NCBI GenBank assembly: GCA_051362555.1
Contig: CM120641.1
Location: 17,484,001-17,548,000 of the forward strand
Reading direction: 5' to 3'
DNA from: Lingula anatina
Taxonomy: Eukaryota > Animalia > Brachiopoda
Length of the DNA: 64,000 bases
Below the pieces are notes generated by a model. The model had not been told where the DNA came from. It saw only the letters and a list, made by a program, of their open reading frames with translations, and did not search any database. This document shows positions 40,591 through 53,979 of the stretch, in pieces; position 1 is the first letter of the stretch, and every line of letters starts with the position of its first letter. The translations under genes and the position numbers were made by a program.

Positions 40591-42996
40591 TCAAAAACTA
40601 GGGCTTTTTGAGTTATCAATCAAGAACACTGAGTGTATAAAATTTGTACTCAATCGAAAGCAAATGGGTTGTGAGTCGTGTGCGTCTGTGTATTTATTGT
40701 AATGTTTCTGCATGTGTGCTTGTGTTCGTAAGAGCTGGCTAATATGTACGTGTGTGCGTGTGTGTGCGTGTGTGTGTGTGTACACTGTACGTGTGTGTTT
40801 GTATGTAGATGTCCTCTGATATTGCATTTGTCACACCTCTTTTTCTAACAACTCTTGTGATGGGTCTCATATAAAATATTATGTTATATGTGGAACGTTT
40901 CGTTATCAAATCAATAATCTTTAGTGCAGCCTTTTTGTCAGTTAAGGACAAAGGAGCGGCAGTAGAACATTCTAACAAAAAAGATATTCTATTCTGAAAT
41001 TCTGTCTGCTTGTTTCTAAAAATTATCTTCCAGGAATGCGTGTTGTGCGTGTAGCATGAGGTGATCACGCGGGATGCAAAGAAGTGTATAATATCTAACG
41101 TTACCTTTACAGGAAAAATACCTGACTGAGGAAGACATTTACACGTTTAGACACATGCACTACAATTAAGGCCTTAAACGACTGCCAGTTACTTTGCGGA
41201 ATAGATGTGATCACACGTGTTATTATAGTAATTGGTTCTTACTTTAAAACATGCCGCTTGTCTTGCTATCGACTTTATTTCACTAATGACGTCTTTCAAG
41301 CTGGTTGATAGTATTCTGGAACATCGTCATGTACGTATGTATGTGTATTGCCTACTTGTTTTTAATGATACATTTTAATGATGCAGGCGCAATTCCCATT
41401 CTCAGTTTTTCTCGTAAATGATTTACAGCTACCATTATGAATTTGAGCCTCTGGCCTTCATAAAAAGCATACAGTCGCATCTGAAAGCTCGTTCATCAAT
41501 CCAGTTCTTTTTTCATAGTCTCGGAGGAGTGCCTGGCGCGTGCCTGAGTTGACAGAAAAGCTGTCAGACTATAATTGTATGGCATGAACACCTTTATCAT
41601 CTGAGACTGCTTCGGTAAAAAACGTCACCACGGGTGCCGAGCATGGTGTGTAACACACTGGGCTATGTCCATTACTTGTCACCTTGCAGGCAATTTTTTT
41701 TCAATTGCTTGGAAACACACCTTCTTCACACGCATTAGGTAATCATTCTGTGCATTATTGGGCTTACCATGACCCTGCTTAATCCCTTGTAGCGTTGTGT
41801 ATGTAGTTTGTCAACCACTCCTCATCTTAATAATCTACAAACGTCTTTACTGAGTGTGTACGTTGTGCATGTAAGTTGTAAGTTTCTCTTGGATATTTTG
41901 TGGATTCCATGTGTATTTTAGCAGAAGATTCGATGACTTTGTCTATGCAAATGTTTATGCAATTTTTTTTAATTTTGATAAACAAAACTCTGGGAATATG
42001 AGAATATAAAGCGAGGAGATTCAAGACAAAGAAAGTACTCTAATAAGGGGAACCTTTAATGGGAATCTTTTGTGGTAGTCTGATAAAAGCCGAACCATCA
42101 CTCAATTCTAGTCCATCAATAAAATATCTCCTTCAGATAGAACAAATTCAGTTCCTGTAACTGAACTGTCTGCTACTTCATCCATAGACAAGATTAACAG
42201 CGATGAACCCTCATCATGATGATAAAATAACATAAACGGGTATGGTGTCTCAGCGAGCGAACGCTTTAAAAGCCTTTCTGATTGGAAGCAAAGACAGCAA
42301 AGCGTAGTTTGTCATTACACAAACATTTCACAAAATGTGGACTACTTGGATAAGGAATGGATTTTGTTCCTTCTATGAGTTACTATAGGGGTGTGTTTCA
42401 TGATATATTCAAGCATATACATTATATAGTTGAATGTGTGCGTGTTGATCAATGTCTGTTATATATAAAAGAAAACGGCATTACTTTAAGGATATTGTAA
42501 CCCTTTATTATCATCCGGATACCGAAAATAAGTTTTTCCTGTATCCTATTTTCTTATTACTCAGTAATGCATTTATATTTGTACTGCTTGAAAACAATGA
42601 AAAAAACCTCAAAAATATTAAATATCGGCGTTAATATTTCTTCATTGTAATGTATAAGCATAGGCAACTCAAAGCTTTAATCGTCAATTTAACACCTTTC
42701 TATTTTGAGGTGAGATAGCAATCGGTATGGGCGTTACTTCATCCCTGAGCAAGATTTTATAACGAAAATTGGCAGAGTTGATTAGGAGTGCATAGGGTAC
42801 AATCCCGTGCCGTCATTTTGGTTTGAATGTTTTTGTTATGGAGTTACGAACCCCTAATTACAGATTTTTATTAAACAAAGACATTATTTTGCTTTATCAA
42901 CGATACAATCTGAACTAAGACTAAGAATGAAGTCATTTTTCTTCAGCCAACAGCTTATTATTGAAATAGTTTTTACCTCCAATATTTCGATGTCTA

Positions 42997-43310
42997 CACT
43001 GTAAAAAACAGTGTTTAGCATCTAAACACATACAACACACGTTTAGCACCTAAACACAATTAGAAATACGTGTAAAAGCTAAACACGTATAGCTTTTCAA
43101 GCTTTTCACAGTAGAAAATGCCAGACATGTTTGGCAGTGTTACATGTTTAGCTATGTGTTTAGCTTCACCGGTATATGATTCTATAATGTTTATCACGAG
43201 GCTAAACACATTGGCTAAGCACTTCCTCTGCTAAGTGCGTGGAGTAGCTAAACATATGGAGCTGCTATACGTGTGGAACTCCCAAACACGTTTAGTAGCT
43301 CCATATGACA
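42997..43310. mobile_element. CACTA/EnSpm (CMC)-like transposon terminus with subterminal repeats
   Basis: Begins TA|CACTGTAAAAAA and is followed by about 10 copies of a GCTAAACAC/GTGTTTAGC-type motif in both orientations. It abruptly truncates another repeat at 42995. Confidence 0.65.
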
Positions 43311-45050
43311 CGTGGCTTTGTTTTGTGTCATGATGGTTTTATATTTTAACGCTGAGCAATTATATCATTGTTGTGACGCTGCGTGGTAATAATTTGGAGG
43401 ATCGCAGTATTGGTTTATTTTGGGAGTAGACTATCACCAAATAAACTTAAATGTATACTGAGACTAAAAAAAAGGGTTAAATTTTCACACATATTGGCCA
43501 TGTTATCAATATCAATACATTAATATTATACGTTCTTTACACAGACTTATACAGGTGTGGATCTAGTCTATGACACTCCCGCGTGGTGGCGCGGCGACCG
43601 AGTAACGAAATCCGAGTCTGCGTGTAAAGCCATTCAAGTTACGGTTAATGGGATATATTATTAAAATGACTGATATGATCATTTTAATCTAAATACAGGA
43701 AGATTTCCAAACATGAAAAAAATATTAGAAGGAAGTGATCAAGGACAATTTCAATAAAGCCCATAGCGTACTGAATTGATGAAAAAATAAAAGCACAGGG
43801 ACGAGGTCGGATGAATGCCATATCAGTGGAGACAGCAAGAAAATTATATAATGATTCCAAATGACTGACCAGGTTTGATGATCACAGGGGCAGTGGCATA
43901 CCGATGTGTCATTTTCGATTACTAAAAAGATTATGCTGTAAGATAATGAACGGGGAGATGAATAGAATTCAAATAAAATGTGAAGTTGCAGAAGTCAATC
44001 ATTTTGTGGCAGGCAATTAAGAATAGAAAGCACCATGTGTTGCGGGAGTGGGTATATATGTATGTTGCTTGGAGGGGGGGGGGGCTGTTTGTGAAAGCAA
44101 AGATCCCAACCTAAGCGTCAGCCTTTCTTAACTGTTTGCAAACCTCAATGAAACATTGTACAAGCATTACTCCTTGCGTAGCTTTCAATGTGGCGACTGT
44201 AAATTTTGAATTTGGACTCAACTAATTCGTGAATGTGATAGCGATATACTGTTATGAGACCACTTAACCGTGCATCAGGCGTAGAATGGTTCCGTTGTTT
44301 ATAAAAAAAATAAAATTATGAATTAAAAATTTTTTTAAAATGCGCTTTGACACCTTTACGCGACCCTTGTGCATTCTTTGTGCGCCTTAAAAACTGGCCA
44401 AATTGTGTGAAGTTAGCTGAGATGGAAGTGGATAGGATATATCTTGAAAAATGCGTGAAAATGTGATTCAACCACTTACATAAAGATTCTATAAGCTCCC
44501 ATCAGAAAGTTAGTTGAATGACCTAATCATGTAGATTAGTGACCAGAAGAGAAAAGTAATGATATGCGAAAGGACTAGAGCGAGTTGTTTATTAACTGAC
44601 CTTTTACAGACGATCTTAAGATTTATGAGAAGAGTGACAAAGATAATTGATTTGAAGGATGTGAGAAAGCAGATGCAGGAGACGTGAAACAACAAAGTGA
44701 AAAAGACCAGCACCGTGATCACTCGTTATAAATTGTCTCCATGGCCGATGGACTGTAGTATCCTACTTAAAAGAACATTTCCCAGCGTAGCTCTTCCACA
44801 AGACTAAGTAATGTTCGACGTTCCAAATATATTTACATTTCCCAATCGTATTTACTTTGTACCTGTACCTGAACCATTCATCAGAATTTGGCGCATTCAT
44901 GCCATTAAATGCGTGAGGGTTGGTATCAGCTTCTGTTGGTTGGGGCATGGGGTCATAACGGACTATCCTATATATAGGGACATGCAAAGGTACCGGTATT
45001 TATCCAAGTATGATCGGGGACGCGGACTAAGTAAAACTGGACACTCGGTT

Positions 45051-45052
<2 letters not shown>

Positions 45053-45106
<54 letters not shown>
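45053..45106. repeat. (AT)n microsatellite
   Basis: Read directly from the sequence. Confidence 0.95.
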
Positions 45107-45109
<3 letters not shown>

Positions 45110-46155
45110 GGCATATTAATTCATTAGGTTTGATCTCCTATGTGAATTAAGGGTGATTTTTTTTATCATGTGTACCGGTAGATGTGCGTGTGCATAATAT
45201 ATTGTATTGTTCCAGCGGGTTAGGCAATAGGTCGGGTTATGGGGGGGGGGGGGGGGGGGGAGGGGGGGAGAACATATCTCAAAAGAGGGTTCATTTCCCT
45301 GAAAAAAAATCATCATGTTAAGTTTAGAAATTATGGTAGACTGAGTGTCAGGTGTGGGTGGTAAATCCATCATAATACCAGGAAGAATAAGCGACCAGTT
45401 GTCTTCTGCTTCATTGCAAAACTTTGTGAAACGGACCTGCATGTACAATGTACACGATAGTACAAGTGTTACCGGTCCCTTAAATCCCTTTTTCAATGGA
45501 CGACGTTCTTTCTGCGTCCTTTGTGCAACCATGAAACTGGCATCGCTGTTCGTAGAAAGGAGGCAAAAGCATCGCTTTGGTAGCAGAAAGAATGCTCGAT
45601 GATCGCCCAGTTGTCTGCACGTAAAGTATAATTTTTTTAAATCCCAAACGAGGCCATACTACGGAACGCAGGTAGGACGTTGTCCAGTGTAAAGGGGGCT
45701 TTACACACGACTGAGAACCGTTACAGAGCAGTCCTGTGCTGAGCGTGCTTAGCTCTTTGCTTTTTGACATTTTGTTAAGCTGATCAGGAAGAATTGTTGA
45801 AGATGCTCGTGACGATATTGGTGACGTATTGCCAGAATGGGGAGATGTTGGTTATCTAACAGAGTAATGGTGTGATTCACCCGTTTTTTGTTCCTGATGA
45901 TTGTCAAAGGCGTGGCCAATAGTTCTCAGTGCGGCTCTGAAATATATACGTTACCGTAGCTTGATGCATGTATGTGCAGCTGCTTGTAATGGGTATTAGT
46001 TTCCTATTCATTTTCAAAGTCTTTTTTATCGGTCAAATTTCTTTATATTTACTATATAATAATGTTCAAGTATTTTTGAAATGCTGTGATGCAGCAAGGG
46101 AAATACAATGAGAAATATAAATGTAATATAAATACAACTGTAAGTATTCATTGAA

Positions 46156-46181
46156 TTGGATTGGATTGGATTGGATTGGAT
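46156..46181. repeat. (TTGGA)n pentanucleotide repeat
   Basis: About five copies, read directly. Confidence 0.9.
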
Positions 46182-48737
46182 CACTCTTACTAAGCGGTTT
46201 GTTAGCTCTCGAAGTCTCAATGTAGTGCTTGCTACAACTGGGTAAAATGATGCATTTTAATGGCTGTCATTTTAGAATGACACGGCATTTACCTTTTTAA
46301 ACCTAATCATGCGTTTCCTGGAAAGCTTTTAACAAACGCATCAAGCTTTCGGATATGTTCAAGTTGAATCGTTCTGTTTTAATGTGAAGCCGTTTCTCAG
46401 TAATGGTCCTCCGGAGAACAATTATCCTATATTATTTGCCCAACTTCACTTGTGGGTGAGCCAAAGTTACAATCAATTCTCACCAATAAGGTCTCTTTTT
46501 AGTAAACCCCTCTCCTGTGAATCCGCCAATTTCCTTAAATCTTGTATAATGTCGGCCATTTCCACTTAAGGAAATGGCAGAAATAATAATTAGACGACAC
46601 AAATCACCCTCAGAACAACGAAAACTTAAGTGCCCTTCGTGCTGAAATTGAGGAATAGGCAGACCAGGGAATGGTTCAAAAGGCATTGAAAAGCTCCAAG
46701 AGCACGGGTTTGTCATTATTTCACTGCAATTTTTTATTAATTATTTAATCTGTGAAACACGCATTTCAGTTGAATCATCTTGGCATTTTATATGCCGTTG
46801 ATAGAATTTTTAGACAGTGTATTTACGGCTTGTAGATCTTCGTGTCCTCAGTCAAAAATTGATATCTTACGTCATTCATAACAAGGAAAGGTAGTAACAA
46901 ATGAACAATCTAATGGAAACGTACACGTATAGTATTTTGAAAGGACTGAGATCAATCTATTATTGTTTTGGTACAGTGTGAGGTCCGTGACTCGGAGACA
47001 TTTGGCGCTAAAATGTTAAAATCGGGATATACATGTACATGTAAGCTCAGCACATGTGCCATATATGTGCCTTGCACGTTATTATTTAAAGTGTACTGTG
47101 TGTGAAATGCCAGAATTATCTCTCTACTCAACATATTTTAGGCTTGGGAGTTCAACTCCTTTGAATTTAAACATCCATAACTCGTCTATCACGTGAAATT
47201 GACAGAAAAAGGATGGTGCAGTGTTGCTGCAGTCAAATTTTGGATTGCTCCGGAACATAAAAAAATATTCGTTCTTGAAAGATATGTGAAGATGATTCAC
47301 TAAAAATTTCATAACGCACATGTGTCTTCCACTTACATCGTATATCATTCCCCACATTGTGGTAACTGGAAACGTGACGAACGGCACATGACATTGAAAT
47401 GAAGAACAATTAAAGTTACACCCATGCAAATTATTTTGACGAAGGCTTCTTTTTAAGATACTGAGTTTCAAACTACATTTTTGTCTTGTTGAAATCATTT
47501 TACCTGTTATATGTATCATCCATTGTTGTTTTGATCAGTGAAGCAAACAGTTTACCGTGTCCACTTGGGACAGATCGGCAGCTGGCAACAAGAATACACA
47601 AAGCTGCCATTAAGCTATCAAATTATGGAGGTTTCCTATCAGAAATACGGAAATTGTGAATATTTTCTTTCAATCAAACCACTGACAATTACCACTTGCA
47701 GCCAAAAACAATTAAAACAGCTATCGGATATATGACAAACTCAATACTTCTGTCTAATGAGCGTATTTGCTCGAGTAAACGAACTACAATAAAGGCGGTT
47801 GTCCACTTGGTATTAACGCTAGTCTGTTGCGAGCTTCACTCTCTCTCGATATATATATATATATATATATATACGATTTCTTTAAACCTACATAGTTATA
47901 ATTACATCTGAAAAATAAATAAAATTACTGACAGTCAAGGTTGCGCTTGGGACGCACACTGTACAAATAAAAAAAGAATAGAGAAGCAACAATGAGCCAA
48001 GCTCATACTCCATCTTAATACCTGATCATTATTAAAAAATCGTGTTATAGACATTCATCACGTGGACAGAATATCATTCCATTCAATACAAGTATTCTTT
48101 GAGAGTCCACGGTGCTGAGTACATTGTAGAAATATATCAAATTTTCATGACATAAATGTATTTTTCAGGTTTGATTCCAATATGTGTCCCTTTTGAAGCG
48201 GTTTGTTTCTTCCTTTGAAATGATAATTGTATAGCCATTAATGAAATTAAGCATAAAGCTCAATTATGAAATTACTCTTACGTGATAATTATTGTCATTC
48301 TTAAAAGCAGAATATTTCATTCTACTAAAATCGACAACATTCCCAAACAAAGAATTTCAACAACAAAGCCATACCCGGTTGTCGTGCAGATAAATAAAAA
48401 TCATTTTTGTTTCAAACGTTGTCATTTGATGTTGAAAGGCCCACAGCCTTCTATAAGACGTAGATAAAAGTACAATTGAAATTACCTATTAGCTATTATA
48501 GATTTTTTTCAAGTTTTTAAACTCGGTAGGAGCAGCTGAAAATTAGCCAAATGTTCACAAGCGTAACGAGGCTCTGTTTTGCTCAAAGGTTAATAAGATA
48601 AAGTCCATATGACTGAATTGTCATTTATTAAGGTAAAAAAATCATAAGATACAAAGTAACAAAAATGGGGGATTATCATACCCCCCATACTATATAACTG
48701 CCATAATTTATTATTAACAAAGTAGATTGATGAGTGC

Positions 48738-48905
48738 CAGGGGCGGACCCAGAGATATTTTCTGACAGTCTTCCACATTATCTTTGTTGATCCATCTAAA
48801 ATTTTTGACCGTCTTCCGACAGAAAAATTTAGGTACTCATCAATGCAAACTTAGAAATTTGACCGTCTTCCGGAAGACCCAGAAGACCGCCTCAATCCGC
48901 CCCTG
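48738..48905. mobile_element. 168-bp MITE with CAGGGGCGGA TIRs and 5-bp TSD (hAT5-like candidate)
   Basis: AGTGC|CAGGGGCGGA...TCCGCCCCTG|AGTGC, with an internal repeated TTTGACCGTCTTCCG motif. Confidence 0.85.
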
Positions 48906-48983
48906 AGTGCAATCAAGATTAATCAAGGAAAATATGTGAAACAGCAAAAGCTATTGGAACAAAAAGTTGGCTCAATGAAAAGT

Positions 48984-49095
48984 TACCCTCTACCAGGGTG
49001 ACAGATTGATTTTCCACAGATATTCACAGATATGTCTCTAGATAAATAGACGGTCATTTTGGTCTGTTGTCAATCTGTCACCCTGGTAGAGGGTA
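48984..49095. mobile_element. 112-bp MITE with perfect 26-bp TIRs and 9-bp TSD (Mutator/MULE-like candidate)
   Basis: ATGAAAAGT|TACCCTCTACCAGGGTGACAGATTGA...TCAATCTGTCACCCTGGTAGAGGGTA|ATGAAAAGT. Confidence 0.9.
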
Positions 49096-49529
49096 ATGAA
49101 AAGTCAAGACAAGTATAATCGCTGTGGATACAAATCGAAAGTCAAGTGTTCAGTATGCTAACGAATATTACTGCCGTTATTGCAATAAGCAACGTCACAG
49201 TCCCTTGTTCCGATTTCGTCATCGCTCACTGTTCCATATTATATTAGCTATTTGTTTCTAACTTGAGTTATTTTACGTTCAGAACATGAACCGATCACTG
49301 CGTTTTCCTGTTGGGACGACTTTATCGATCTGGTAGTCTCTACCTGTACATACCAGTATGTCGATCGTAAGACCGATACGATAAGACTGATAATTAGTGT
49401 GTTTCAAAGACGGGCATTTCCGAACTTAATTCAAGAGCTATTGTTGTTTGATATATATTGCCGATGGGATTCACCACGGATAGCCTAAAACGAGACCCGT
49501 GGCACTGCATGACGTCATCGATGATTTCA

Positions 49530-49800
49530 ATCGATCTATTCCATATTCTGCTGGACCTTCAGTGGCATCACCTGACAACCAATACCTCTCTGTCTTCCAC
49601 ATGGCTGCAACCAGCTCCATTTCTGCTCACTCCTGGACGTTGTCCTCTGATATGTGTCTCTTTTCTGCCAGTCGCCAGTGTCTGTCTCACTATGCCTCTC
49701 CTCCACACTCACTGCAGCCTGCTGCATCACCTGCTTTAGCTGTGTGTGACATGAGGATAAAATGTCTAGGCACAGCAGTGGTACTTCTAGGTACATTTTA
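49530..49800 (-). mobile_element. 3' fragment of an RTE-type LINE
   Basis: Frameshifted minus-strand translation LKQVMQ..VEER..WQKR..SEDNVQE*AEMELVAAMWKTER..W resembles the RTE-type tail LAK.ILQG.VEG.R.RGRQ.K.W.DN.KEW.G...A.DR..W. GC content is locally elevated. Confidence 0.65.
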
Positions 49801-49976
49801 AAAAGTCTTAAATGTCTGCAGCCCGGCTTTGGCAAACCCCAAAGATCTTGTCACATATGCCCGTACCATTTTGACTTGCGTAGTTTTTAATGACCTTTTG
49901 TGGGTCTTCGCAGGGACCTATGGTTGCTGAATTCTTTCCTCATTGGAGATACAGTCTCGGTACAAGTTTATTCAGT

Positions 49977-49979
<3 letters not shown>

Positions 49980-50027
<48 letters not shown>

Positions 50028-50038
50028 CGTGTGTGTGT
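49980..50038. repeat. (TG)n/(CG)n microsatellite
   Basis: Read directly from the sequence. Confidence 0.95.
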
Positions 50039-51959
50039 AACAAAATATAAAATATACAGAAAACGGAAATTGTTTTATTATCTCCGGTTTAAGATCAAAT
50101 AGATAAAAAATAAAATAAAAATAAAGGTTAAGAGCAATTGTTAAAATCATTATCTTTCCTATTCAAAAGAGATGTAGCAGCTGGATGAAAGCTTTTTACT
50201 TCCCCTTAAAGTTAAAAGTCTACATCTGAACAAATTGAATTCCATGAACTGTATCGAGACCTCGGAGATCAATTATGTATGCTTACATACTGTATACACA
50301 ATTTATAGGTGTACATCTAAGGTGTACATGTACATCCAGATCTTTTTATCAAACTGGGGTGGTAGATTTAAAGTTACAGAGACTAATATCTGCCAGATGA
50401 ACATTACATGTTCCTTTTATGGTGTAGTTCTCACATGATGAGAGAAACTGAATATTTTGTTTCTGTCTACTTAAAGAATATTCAAACCTGTGATTTGAAA
50501 TCCATTTTGATTTTCTATGAAAAGCGATGACGCAAGTAGCCAATTACTCTGTTCATTTATTGTGTTGGCAGTTACGTGATATTTATAGTATCATCTCGTC
50601 TGTAGGGCGAATTAACACGCCAGTCCATCTAATCTCAATTTAATCGTGGCCCATCAAGGTCACCCTTTCTTACAATTATGAAATGCACAAGCACACGTAG
50701 CAATCAAAGTCGAGAGATATTCAGTGAGGTACTCAAAGATCTTCTAAATCCCCTCTTCTAACAATTTGCATTTCTTGAAGCATCTGGCAACATCTGATCA
50801 TATAATGAAAGTGACACTAGAATCATCCTGTTTACTGCCACGTTGCATAAAACACCCGGGTGCGAGAAGCGTACCGTGAGAATGCAATTAGATGATTTAC
50901 CGTTATTACAGTGGTGGTAGGCAGGACAACAATGGGAGATTTTATCCCAGTAGTAAGCTTATTGTAATCGGATTACCTGTTGGGATAGGACGTATCAAAT
51001 TAGGTTCGATCAACTAGACTGGAAACTTGACACAAGAATCATCTATGATCATCTTTTAATCTTATCTTTGTCTTCATCCTATCCTCTTAAGCAACCTATG
51101 AGCTACGTTTTCCTTGCAAAATGTAAGCATATCTGCAGATATGATTTTAAAGAAACATTATTTAGAACAATTATTTCAAGTCGCTCATAAAATGAATCCG
51201 ATTTCGTATAATATTTCTCTTTGCGGATTCAGCACTTAAATGATATATCTATGTATAATTTACAACTTTTTTATGTTGACATAAAAAAGGAAATCAACTT
51301 TTTTTCTGATAAAATATTAATTTTATGTTCCGAAGATACTGTAAATGTCAATGCTCTTCCCATAGCTGATTGCTAGTTTTCGTGTCTTCGATAATTGTTT
51401 CTGTTATGAAATGTCGGATTGTCCAAAGAGAGACAGAAGACACATTTTCTCTGACAAAACTTTATTTGATATCTCTATTACCTATTGAAACACAAGATTG
51501 ACTTAAATTGCTAAACAAATATCAATAAGTGCAAACCGATTGATAAATCAAAGAAAAGATATTTTCTTCTTAGAGAAATATGCGCAGTTGACATAATGGC
51601 AGCATTTACGGTACTCACACAATTTAAACGCATCGAAAATGACTAATGCGAAGCGACTAGATGCTATTAATCGCTTCTGATAGTCTAGTTACACGTATGT
51701 TAAATCTCAAGAAAAATGACAACAATTTATGAAAAGATAATCCTTATGTAAAATACAGAAATTAATACGATGTGCAAAATACAATTCAAAGCGGTGCCGT
51801 CTGATATGAAGTTTTCATGGATTTTAAAGTGACGTTATCCCATGCTAACAAGCAAACGGCACTAAAACCCTCACAGGCACCATATGCCATTTTAGAAAAT
51901 AAAAAATCTTAAAAGAATAATACATACAAACAAATTAATTTCTGCAAACGTGCTAAGCA

Positions 51960-52091
51960 TAGGGATCAGGCTGACGTTTAGTGAAAAAGTCGAAACATAT
52001 AACGTGGGGTCCAGGGGGCCGCCTGGGCCACTGGTATTTTGGCTCCCAAAAACTCGACAATTCGCCGATAGTCGGAAAAACCTAATCCCTG
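51960..52091. mobile_element. Older MITE of about 132 bp with imperfect TIRs
   Basis: TAGGGATCAGG...CCTAATCCCTG with flanks TAAGCA / GAAGCA (imperfect 6-bp TSD) and a GC-rich core GGGGTCCAGGGGGCCGCC. Confidence 0.55.
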
Positions 52092-53203
52092 GAAGCAACC
52101 ACACATCAACTGACTGATTTTACTCTAACTCAATGATAGAACAATGCCTTTCAAGAAAAAGACCATCCGTTAAAGACGACTTGTCAATAATTAAATCTGC
52201 TGATGAGCCTGTCTTTTTTAACCTATGTCCTCTTACTTTGTATTGATTAAGCAATTTATTAACACAGTCTTCAATCATGAAAGGTCTTCTTCTCTTTTCC
52301 GTGCATTAATGGCTTTCGGTAATGATTTTCACGGCAACCGGCTTTATATACAGGCTACGTACTACCGTAAGTTAGGAATCGTATACTACATCTTTATATA
52401 GAAAACAAATAAAATAATCTTAAATAAAGAAAAAAAAACAACAATGGACACCGGTTACAAATACAAAATATTTAGTATTCCCGTTACAAGCGGCTTTTAA
52501 AGATTTAATATATAATGTTTCTACAGCAATGACGGATTCAAACCTTTTCCCTTCCCAGACATGCAAAAATATCATTATTAAGCCCAGCGACTGTGTTAGT
52601 ACTGTGCACTCTCCAAAGAAACATCAATTTTTAAAAATTGGAAGAGAGGAGACCGAAACTACGTTTTCGATGGTAAAAGATATGAGCGATTTTTCTTTTT
52701 TTGAAAATTGCCCTACAAAAACGTATTTTTTTATTTTACCCGGCTGTGCCGGGGATCGGGGATAGGGTTCGGGGATAGGGATCGGGTTTGAACATATCCA
52801 GTTTTTACAATTCATACTTGTCTTTGATAGATAGCAAATTGATCACTCAATATGAGCACGGGTGGTCCTGGAGCTGTCTGGCATATTGAAAATTCCTTAA
52901 CAACCCAAAGCAAGGCCGAAAAAAAAAGAAAACTGCACAACTAAATTCAAAACAAGGCCTTTTTCTGAATAAAAAACTTCAATGAGATAAATCCACGAGT
53001 CAAGATCCCTAATAAGATCAAATCATAAATATGCTTTCTGAAGGTAAAGTGATTTTATCAGCACTTTTAGTGCTGAACGTGACCATGCCTGGAATGACAA
53101 CCATTCCATGAAGGTGGCCACCGACTTCGTCCCTGGTCTTCTCCCGGTGAACATACTTTTTAACACTATATAGGCCTACTGGTTGTTGATAGCGTTAACG
53201 TAC

Positions 53204-53371
53204 CAGGCCCGTAGCCAGAAATTTCAGAAGGGGGGTTCTTTTTCTAAAAAAATGGACCTTTTACCATGAAACTTTCATGTACCTTAATTAAATTTCACCC
53301 AGAGAGGACCTTTTCCCTGCAAAAAGGGGGGTTCTTTCGAACCCCCCGAACCCCCCCTGGCTACGGGCCTG
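53204..53371. mobile_element. 168-bp MITE with CAGGCCCGTAGCCAG TIRs and 5-bp TSD (hAT5-like candidate)
   Basis: CGTAC|CAGGCCCGTAGCCAG...CTGGCTACGGGCCTG|CGTAC, with perfect 15-bp TIRs and subterminal GGGGGGTTC/GAACCCCCC motifs. A second partial copy is at 16984. Confidence 0.9.
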
Positions 53372-53752
53372 CGTACGAACACTTTAACACGAAGATTGGG
53401 AATGACGAAGTCGTGCGTACAGTATTTGAACAATATATGTGCGTTAGTTCGCCTGTGCATAAATAATGAGTAATGAATATTTAAAGCACTAAATCAATCA
53501 TTTTGTAGTATAAATGACACCACGTACATTTGGATAATTGTTCTTCGTGGCTTTAAAAGGGACGCACACGACTGAACATCGTTTCAATTCATGTAAATCA
53601 GACAACTGGATTTACCTAAAATATTAATACCGCGCCTACCCACTGTTAAGAAAATATGAATACACCTAAACCTGAACTAATTGTTGGTGTACTCACAAAT
53701 AAGACAGTCATCGTGCCAAAAAAGAAGATTAGGGTGCATTGCCGTTAAAGCT

Positions 53753-53979
53753 ATCGTTCTACATAGATCAATCCAACTCCGTGGAGACTCCTGCTGAATG
53801 TAATCACATTAACAGATTAACACACCTCTTGTTTCCAACGTTCTCGTGTAATCACCAGCTTTTCTGTATATTACTAAATGCCAAGAGGAGGTGTGCTAAT
53901 CTATTAATCTGATTCGCATATAATCTGATCTATTAATCTGAGATTCCCTACGGAGCTGGATCGATATTTGTAGAAAGAT
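53753..53979. mobile_element. Old foldback/MITE: long imperfect palindrome
   Basis: TTCTACATAGATCAATCCAACTCCGT pairs imperfectly with ACGGAGCTGGATCGATATTTGTAGAA. The inner ATTAACAGATTAACACACCTC pairs with GAGGTGTGCTAATCTATTAAT. Confidence 0.7.

Noticed and set aside
41500-42230. Minus-strand fragments (EWLTNYIHNATRD..W) faintly like a YqaJ-type nuclease of DNA transposons
   Set aside because: Too degenerate, requiring several frameshifts. It needs blastx to assess.
43010-43300. Regularly recurring short repeats considered as a CRISPR-like array
   Set aside because: The units are only about 9 bp, in mixed orientation and irregularly spaced, in a eukaryotic context. They are better explained as transposon subterminal repeats.
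52198-52230. Other CTGATGA/CTGAAGA words checked as hammerhead cores (for example 52200, 60858, 7445)
   Set aside because: No stem II plus GAAA arrangement follows them.
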